A DNA stretch of 54,009 bases from Bacteroidales bacterium. Its GTDB lineage: Bacteria > Bacteroidota > Bacteroidia > Bacteroidales > DASVHX01. The position numbers were made by a program, and so were the translations under genes. The DNA lies in contig JBBRRV010000004.1 of assembly GCA_038246075.1 (NCBI GenBank), forward strand, positions 1-54,009. The letters are read 5' to 3'. The notes under the pieces are model-generated. The model saw nothing but the letters and a program-made list of their open reading frames with translations, searched no databases and was not told the origin of the DNA. Below are positions 47,572 to 54,009 of the stretch, one piece after another; position 1 is the first letter of the stretch; each line of letters begins with the position of its first letter.

Positions 47572-47797
47572 CTGGTCTATCCGTTAGTCACCTTGATGGT
47601 CATTAGGCTATGTATATGAACAAGCCTATAAATATAAAGTTCACGCTTGAATGTGAAGATAATCCTTTTGGGAGTGCACTTCCCTTGATTTGCCGACAGT
47701 TGGTTTGTAAATATTTATGCATTCCTGATAGTTTGCTGGTAGATAATTTTTAGTTTTGCAGGCGTTTAGCACAAAAATTAACTAAAATATATACACT

Positions 47798-49048
47798 GTG
47801 GATATTTTTGAAAAACGAGTAGCAAACCTGGGCCCTCTGGGAATGTATGGGTCACAGGGTGACGGCTATTTCATGTTCCCTAAGCTTGAAGGCGAAATCG
47901 GAAACAAGATGATGTTTAAGGGTAAGGAGCGTTTGGTATGGAGTCTGAATAATTACCTTGGCCTTGCCAACCACCCGGAAGTTCGCAAAGCGGATGCAGA
48001 AGCAGCCCGTGATTGGGGAATGGCTTATCCGATGGGTGCCCGTATGATGTCCGGCCAGACCATTTACCATGAACAACTGGAGCGGGAACTGGCAGCTTTT
48101 GAAAATAAAGAGGATTCGTTCCTGTTGAACTTCGGTTACCAGGGAATGATTTCCATCATCGATTCGCTGTTGGATCGGAATGACGTGGCTGTTTACGATT
48201 CCGAGGCACACGCCTGCATTATCGATGGATTAAGATTACACATGGGCAAACGGTATGTTTTCCCACACAACAATATGGCAAATCTCCGCAAGGGGCTGGA
48301 GCGCGCCAGGAAACTTACTGCCATCAGTGGCGGTGGAATACTTGTTATTACCGAGGGCGTGTATGGCATGTCGGGCGATCAGGGTAAACTGAAGGAAATT
48401 ATTGAGCTTAAAAAAGAGTTTGATTTCAGATTACTTGTGGACGATGCACATGGTTTTGGAACAATGGGTGCAACGGGTGCCGGTACATCTGAAGCACAGG
48501 GCGTTCAGGATGGCGTTGATGTCTATTTTGGCACATTCGCAAAAGCCATGGCTGGTATAGGCGCTTTTGTAGCCGGAGATAAGGATATCATTGATTTCTT
48601 AAAGCATAACATGCGGTCACAAATATATGCGAAATCATTGCCCATGCCCATGGTCATCGGAGCGTTGAAACGCCTCGACCTGATCCGTACCCAACCACAA
48701 CTTAAAAAGCAGTTGTGGACCATCGTAGACGCATTACAAAGCGGGTTGAAAGAGAAAGGCCTTGATATCGGCAGTACTGCATCAGCTGTTACACCTGTAT
48801 TTTTACAGGGAGGTATTCCCGAAGCTGCCCAGCTTACGATCGATTTACGTGAAAATTACAATATATTCTGTTCAATCGTTACCTACCCGGTTGTGCCCAA
48901 GGGTGTTATTATGCTCCGGCTGATTCCTACGGCTGACCATAAGCTCGAGGATGTTACCTATACGATAAAAGCATTTACTGATATCAAAGCGAACCTGGCT
49001 TCCGGAAAGTATTCCTCAGGCATATTTCCTGATTTTTCTAAATTATAG
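47798..49048 (+). CDS. sulA: PLP-dependent alpha-oxoamine synthase, likely cysteate acyltransferase of sulfonolipid (capnine) synthesis
   Basis: FPKLEGEIG, WSLNNYLGLANHPEVRKAD, PMGARMMSG, DDAHG, TFAK (PLP Lys), RSQIYAKSLP; closely matches my recollection of Alistipes SulA/Flavobacterium Fjoh_2419; GTG start. Confidence 0.8.
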   Translation: MDIFEKRVANLGPLGMYGSQGDGYFMFPKLEGEIGNKMMFKGKERLVWSLNNYLGLANHPEVRKADAEAARDWGMAYPMGARMMSGQTIYHEQLERELAAFENKEDSFLLNFGYQGMISIIDSLLDRNDVAVYDSEAHACIIDGLRLHMGKRYVFPHNNMANLRKGLERARKLTAISGGGILVITEGVYGMSGDQGKLKEIIELKKEFDFRLLVDDAHGFGTMGATGAGTSEAQGVQDGVDVYFGTFAKAMAGIGAFVAGDKDIIDFLKHNMRSQIYAKSLPMPMVIGALKRLDLIRTQPQLKKQLWTIVDALQSGLKEKGLDIGSTASAVTPVFLQGGIPEAAQLTIDLRENYNIFCSIVTYPVVPKGVIMLRLIPTADHKLEDVTYTIKAFTDIKANLASGKYSSGIFPDFSKL

Positions 49049-49070
49049 AACTAAGTGTAGTTTTATAAAT

Positions 49071-49102
49071 AAGCCCTGGCAACATAAGCCAGGGCTTTTT
49101 TT
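49071..49102 (+). terminator. Intrinsic terminator
   Basis: AAGCCCTGGC-AACATAA-GCCAGGGCTT-TTTTT. Confidence 0.85.
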
Positions 49103-49144
49103 AGGTTAGCCTGGTTGCTTGGAGATACGGAAAGGCTGGAAAAT

Positions 49145-49465
49145 CTAAAGAATTGGCATGGAAGGATCAACATCTTTAGCCCATTGATAAATTCCACCTT
49201 CAAGGATATAAATATTTTTACGCTTTGCTTTCTCGCGCATGTAAATGTATACCTGTTCGCTTTTCATACCGAACTGGCAGTAAATAACCACTAATCCTTC
49301 AGAGGGGAACATGTCAAGACTGTTGGGAATAGAAATCTGAGGTACTGAAATTGCACCGGTAATATGGCATTCAGCATATTTTTCAGTCAGGCGGGTATCG
49401 ATTATGCATACTTCCTCTCCTTGTTTTATTTTTGCTTGCAGATCTTCCGGAGTTATATAATGCAT
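49145..49465 (-). CDS. Rhodanese-like domain protein
   Basis: IIDTR, HITGA, active-site loop YCQFGMKS, LEGGIYQW. Confidence 0.9.
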   Translation of the reverse strand: MHYITPEDLQAKIKQGEEVCIIDTRLTEKYAECHITGAISVPQISIPNSLDMFPSEGLVVIYCQFGMKSEQVYIYMREKAKRKNIYILEGGIYQWAKDVDPSMPIL

Positions 49466-49558
49466 AATAGCTGAAATTGATGTTTTATTGCATTGTTGTT
49501 GAACGCATAGGTAGTAAAAATACAGAATATTTATTGCGTTACCAATTTCCTTAAAAAC

Positions 49559-49586
49559 AAAAAAGGAGTGTTGCCACTCCTTTTTT
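49559..49586 (-). terminator. Intrinsic terminator of the small lipoprotein gene
   Basis: AAAAAAGGAGTG-TTGC-CACTCCTTTTTT. Confidence 0.85.
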
Positions 49587-49607
49587 GCTTAAGAATTAGT
49601 CGGTGGA

Positions 49608-49850
49608 CTATTTCTTTACTTTGATAAGGCCTTTTGCAATTGAATCTGCGTGAGCAGTTACTTTTGCAACTGAGTCAGCCATTTTAACTGAATCTGTAAG
49701 CCTCTGAGCGTCCATCTGGACTTTGTTCAGTGAGTCGGCGATACGAGTAGAATCAGCCTTAGCTTGTTCAGCTTTCTTTTCGGCGCTGGGTCCGCATGCT
49801 ACGAATGAAACCATTCCAGCAACTACTAATAATGCAAATAATTTTTTCAT
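49608..49850 (-). CDS. Small lipoprotein rich in D-S-x motifs
   Basis: MKKLF...FVAC lipobox; TACCTTTG promoter upstream on -; own terminator. Confidence 0.88.
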   Translation of the reverse strand: MKKLFALLVVAGMVSFVACGPSAEKKAEQAKADSTRIADSLNKVQMDAQRLTDSVKMADSVAKVTAHADSIAKGLIKVKK

Positions 49851-50289
49851 GTTGTGTTATTAATTAAAAAACTCGGCAAAGGTATGTTTTTCTTTAATGT
49901 AAAAAAAAAATAATCTGTTTATTATTTTTTCAAGAAATATTAAGTCATTTAATTGATTCATATTAAGAATGTTATGTATTTTGTATTTTTAACCCTGCGC
50001 GCAAAATTAGCTTAAAGAATGCGATTTTTTTCATTATCTGCTCATATAGGGCCATAAAACAAGTAATTTAATCAGCTTTATAGCTGTTTTTTTTAAGGTC
50101 AGATGGAATATGCCATGATTAGGAATATTATTATCTCGATTGGTATTTTTACAAGCATGGCTAGTTCATCTTTGCCTGCCTCAAAAAGTGTATCTTCGAA
50201 AATTAGCGTAATTTTGAACTGGCCAATCTGTATCCCGAAGATTGTTAGCCTTTATTCTTTTGTTTGGCATTCATAGTTTAACATAGTAT

Positions 50290-52425
50290 ATGTTTTTCAA
50301 ATCATTTACGTTTCCTTCTTTACCACTGACTAACCCTGTGCTTATCTTCACGCTGGTGTTGCTGATCGTTCTCCTGGCGCCGATTATTTTCAAAAAAATC
50401 CGCATTCCCGGCATCATAGGGTTGATCGTTGCCGGAATCCTGGCCGGTCCGCATGGTTTTGGACTGCTCGACGATAACAGTGGAATAAAATTATTTTCCA
50501 CCACAGGAATGTTATACCTCATGTTCCTGGTGGGACTGGAACTTGATTTAAAAGATTTTAAAAAGAACCAGGACCGCACAATTGTATTTGGCGCACTTAC
50601 TTTTTTTATTCCACTTGGAATTGGATTCGTCACTTCCTTTTATGTGCTTCATTATTCAGTGATATCTTCCCTCCTGCTGGCCAGCATGTTCTCCACGCAT
50701 ACGCTCATCTCCTATCCTATTGCCAGCCGGCTGGGGATCACCCGTAACGAGGCAGTAACCATCACCATCGGCGGGACCATTATCACCGACACCGCTGTGC
50801 TGCTTCTACTGTCCATGATCTCCGCTTCTACGAAAGGGGAACTGGATATTTTGTTCTGGGTCCGGATGGCAACACTTTTAATCTTCTTTGTCACCATCAT
50901 ATTATGGGGTGTTCCCCGCATCAGCAGATGGTTTTTACGACACCTTGAAAGTGATAGTGGTTCGCAATATATTTATGTTATTACAATTGTATTCCTCTCA
51001 GGCATACTGGCGCAAATAGCAGGCATTGAACCCATTATCGGTGCATTTTTGGCTGGGTTAGCACTCAACCGGCTTATTCCGCGTAGTTCCGCCCTCATGA
51101 ACCGAATTGCGTTTATCGGAAACACTTTTTTTATACCGATTTTTTTGCTCAGTGTTGGGATGCTGGTTGATTATAAAATACTCTTTCAGGGTACTAAAGC
51201 GTTGATATTTTCAGGCATCCTGATTTTTGTGGCCCTCAGCAGCAAATATGCTGCTGCCTGGCTAACTCAGAAAATATTCGGCTACTCACGCGTTGAACGT
51301 AACGTCATGTTCGGATTGAGTGTGTCACGTGCAGCAGCCATCATTGCCGTATTACTCGTAGGGTATAATCTTAAACTTTTGGATATCAGTGCGTTTAACG
51401 GAACTATCCTGATCATTCTCGTGTCGTGCCTTGTAAGTACTTTTACGACCGAATACTACGGGCGTAAACTTGCCGTAACCGAATCGCAAACGCTGCCAGG
51501 TCTTGATGCTGGATCCGAAAAGATCCTGGTCCCTGTATCCAATCCGGATACCATAGAAAGTCTTGTTGATTTTGCACTTTTGGTGAAGGAGCCATTTCTG
51601 CATGAACCTATTTATATGCTTACCGTCGTGCCGGATGACGAGAGAGCAAGGGAACAAATCGTGAGAAACAATAAAATGTATGAATCAGCCATCATTCATG
51701 CATCAGCAACGGATACCGCGTTGCAGCTCGTTTCGCGTGTCGACTTAAATATTACTAATGGGATTACCAGGGCAATCAAAGAGCTCATGATTTCAAAAGT
51801 GATTGTAGGCTGGAATGGTAAATCTTCAACTACAGAATATTTCTTTGGCAGCCTGCTTGACAACCTGATTGCCAAAACGGAGCAAATGATCATAGTGGTT
51901 AAGATTGATAAACCAATAAGATCGATACGGCGATTGATCGTTACTGTTCCTCCGAATGCCGAATGGGAGATTGGCTGGTCATCATGGGTAACAACAATAC
52001 TGAGAATTTCGCGGCAAATAAATTCCGGTATCCTATTTTGTGGTGCAGCCGTTACATTGAAAAAGCTTGCCGCCCTCATGAGCGATCTAAAGCCGGGTGC
52101 TGACATTTCCTATCGTGAGACTGACTATCACAATAACCTGGAAGACCTGCAGGCAGATGTTCAGCTGGGAGATATGCTGGTATTTATTAACGCAAGGCAT
52201 CGCACCTTATCGTATAATCCGCATCTCGAAAAAATTCCGAAGATGCTTTCACACAATTTCCAGCAGCATTGTTTTATTATTATTTATCCCGAGCAAAAGT
52301 CAAATGGTAATGAAAACCTGAGTTCGCGGCTTGAAGGCATGGACATTTCGCCGATAACTGAAAATATCGACAGGTTTTCCCATCTGCAAAAAATTATCGG
52401 ACAGTTATTACATAAAAAAAATTGA
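50290..52425 (+). CDS. Cation:proton antiporter (CPA2-like) with C-terminal USP-like domains
   Basis: ~12 TM helices, FLVGLELD, GGTIITD, GAFLAGL; KILVPVSNP USP-like domain. Confidence 0.92.
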   Translation: MFFKSFTFPSLPLTNPVLIFTLVLLIVLLAPIIFKKIRIPGIIGLIVAGILAGPHGFGLLDDNSGIKLFSTTGMLYLMFLVGLELDLKDFKKNQDRTIVFGALTFFIPLGIGFVTSFYVLHYSVISSLLLASMFSTHTLISYPIASRLGITRNEAVTITIGGTIITDTAVLLLLSMISASTKGELDILFWVRMATLLIFFVTIILWGVPRISRWFLRHLESDSGSQYIYVITIVFLSGILAQIAGIEPIIGAFLAGLALNRLIPRSSALMNRIAFIGNTFFIPIFLLSVGMLVDYKILFQGTKALIFSGILIFVALSSKYAAAWLTQKIFGYSRVERNVMFGLSVSRAAAIIAVLLVGYNLKLLDISAFNGTILIILVSCLVSTFTTEYYGRKLAVTESQTLPGLDAGSEKILVPVSNPDTIESLVDFALLVKEPFLHEPIYMLTVVPDDERAREQIVRNNKMYESAIIHASATDTALQLVSRVDLNITNGITRAIKELMISKVIVGWNGKSSTTEYFFGSLLDNLIAKTEQMIIVVKIDKPIRSIRRLIVTVPPNAEWEIGWSSWVTTILRISRQINSGILFCGAAVTLKKLAALMSDLKPGADISYRETDYHNNLEDLQADVQLGDMLVFINARHRTLSYNPHLEKIPKMLSHNFQQHCFIIIYPEQKSNGNENLSSRLEGMDISPITENIDRFSHLQKIIGQLLHKKN

Positions 52426-52464
52426 CTTTAGCGCTTTATTGAGCTTCAGACAGAAATATAGAAT

Positions 52465-53739
52465 ATGGCAGCGCACCCACCCCTGGCCGAACAACTAAGG
52501 CCGAACACCCTGGATAAATATATCGGGCAGCAGCATCTAACCGGCCCTGATGCTATATTACGCAAAGCAATAGCATCAGGAAACATCCCTTCGATGATAC
52601 TTTGGGGGCCTCCGGGTGTCGGGAAGACCACATTGGCTTTTATTATCTCCAACACACTCAATCGACCATTCTATACTTTAAGTGCCATTAATTCGGGTGT
52701 GAAGGAAGTGCGTGAGGTTATAGAGATGGCCCGCACACAGGAAGGAAGTGCAATCCTGTTTATCGATGAAATTCACCGTTTCAGCAAATCGCAGCAGGAT
52801 TCACTGCTTGGCGCGGTGGAGAAAGGCATCGTTACACTAATTGGTGCTACTACTGAAAATCCTTCGTTCGAAGTCATCTCGCCATTGCTCTCGCGCTGCC
52901 AGGTTTATATCCTGAAGAATCTTTCGCGTACCGACCTGGAGTTGATACTGGCACATTCAGTTGAAGTGCTCAGGGTTCAGCACGGGGCAATCATCGACAT
53001 TGCCGAAAATGAAGCTTTAATCCGCATTTCAGGCGGCGATGCGCGTAAGCTCATCAACGCCATTGAACTTATTGTCCAATCGGCACATAAACCAGGCAAA
53101 ACGCTTACGGTCACAAATAAGCTGGTCATGGATGTTATTCAGCAAAACCTGGCGATGTATGATAAAGGCGGCGAGATGCATTACGATGTTATTTCCGCTT
53201 TTATCAAGTCCCTTAGGGGAAGTGACCCTAACGCGGCTGTATATTGGCTGGCCCGGATGATAAATGGCGGCGAAGATCTGCTGTTTATTGCGCGGCGCAT
53301 GGTTATTCTGGCTTCTGAGGACATCGGCAACGCCAATCCGAATGCGCTCTTGCTTGCTAACACCTGTTTTGAGGCCGTTAATAAAATTGGTTACCCCGAA
53401 AGCCGGATTATCCTGTCGCAAACAGCTATATACCTGGCCTGCTCTCCAAAAAGCAATGCTTCCTATATGGCTATTGAGCGCGCCATGGAACAGGCTAACA
53501 AGGAAGGTGACCTTCCTGTACCCCTGCATATCCGTAACGCTCCTACCCGCCTTATGAAGGACATCGGATATGGTAAAGATTATAAATATGCACATCATTT
53601 TGATCAGAATTTCGTAGATCAGGAATTTTTGCCACAGCAGCTAAAAGGGACTAAATTTTACGATCCCCAGGATAATCCGCGTGAGAATGAATACCGGGAG
53701 AAACTTCGAAGGTTCTGGAAGGATAAGTACGGTTATTAG
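52465..53739 (+). CDS. rarA: Replication-associated recombination protein A (MgsA)
   Basis: PLAEQLRP, WGPPGVGKTT, FIDEIHRF, GATTENPSF, ISAFIKSLRGSD, ASEDIGNA, VPLHIRNAPT. Confidence 0.97.
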   Translation: MAAHPPLAEQLRPNTLDKYIGQQHLTGPDAILRKAIASGNIPSMILWGPPGVGKTTLAFIISNTLNRPFYTLSAINSGVKEVREVIEMARTQEGSAILFIDEIHRFSKSQQDSLLGAVEKGIVTLIGATTENPSFEVISPLLSRCQVYILKNLSRTDLELILAHSVEVLRVQHGAIIDIAENEALIRISGGDARKLINAIELIVQSAHKPGKTLTVTNKLVMDVIQQNLAMYDKGGEMHYDVISAFIKSLRGSDPNAAVYWLARMINGGEDLLFIARRMVILASEDIGNANPNALLLANTCFEAVNKIGYPESRIILSQTAIYLACSPKSNASYMAIERAMEQANKEGDLPVPLHIRNAPTRLMKDIGYGKDYKYAHHFDQNFVDQEFLPQQLKGTKFYDPQDNPRENEYREKLRRFWKDKYGY

Positions 53740-53780
53740 TCTTATTTAATATTGGCGTTTGTTATTTTCAGAAACTAACT

Positions 53781-54009
53781 TGAAATACATTGAAATACAT
53801 TGAAATACATTGAAGTAAATTGAAGTAGGTTGAAGTAGATTGAAGTAGGTTGAAGTAGGTTGAAGTAAATTGAAGTAAATTGAAGTAAATTGAAGTAGAT
53901 TGAAGTAGGTTGAAGCAGATTGATGAGATTGATGAGATTGATATACATTGAAATACATAGAAGTAAATTGAAGTAAATTGAAGTAGATTGATGAGATTGA
54001 TATACATTG
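53781..54009. repeat. Degenerate 10-bp tandem repeat array (TGAARTAVRT), running off the right edge
   Basis: ~23 consecutive units: TGAAATACAT, TGAAGTAAAT, TGAAGTAGGT, TGAAGTAGAT, plus three 9-bp TGATGAGAT variants. Confidence 0.95.

Noticed and set aside
47798-49048. Serine palmitoyltransferase or BioF call
   Set aside because: N-terminus and YAKS motif fit the cysteate-acylating clade better; no bio genes nearby
8574-53598. Many 60-243 aa ORFs overlapping uvrB, mutL, glgB, gyrA, clpC, etf, coaBC, rarA etc.
   Set aside because: Antisense or alternate-frame shadows of well-supported conserved genes with no recognisable motifs
8592-53739. Dedicated DNA-repair island (uvrB, mutL, recN, phrB, rarA)
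   Set aside because: Genes are scattered in separate, typical Bacteroidota operons with no shared operator seen
53781-54009. CRISPR array or coding ORFs 53746-53958 and 53768-54007
   Set aside because: Units are contiguous 9-10-mers with no spacers and no cas genes; the ORFs are low-complexity translations of the repeat

Overview
This window is chromosomal DNA of a Bacteroidota bacterium, most likely Bacteroidales-like. The evidence is TAnnTTTG-type promoters, the bamD-rpoZ-coaBC-porD-recN-fabI operon, the mutL-rhomboid-rhomboid-EEP operon and the gyrA-TPR/clpC arrangement. Bases 1-~4907 are the right end of an AT-rich integrative element. It carries a truncated P4-type primase missing from the ORF track, an excisionase, a 720-aa orphan with three internal repeats and a tyrosine integrase, and it ends in a 3' fragment of tRNA-Gly(CCC). 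The rest is mostly housekeeping genes. The most notable signal is the ~790-bp gene-free gap at 24962-25747. It holds an apparent independently transcribed, multi-branched ~300-nt structured RNA on + (promoter, nested helices, GNRA loops, terminator) and a convergent ~110-nt A-rich repeat sRNA on -. It lies just downstream of an apparently hydrolase-dead RelA/SpoT gene and a tandem OB/S1-like gene. Other points are a SulA-type sulfonolipid enzyme, a probable kinase-impaired hybrid histidine kinase, a composite REP cluster, a small lipoprotein rich in glycosylation sequons and a 10-bp tandem array at the right edge. All calls come from reading the sequence by eye; no searches or folding programs were run.
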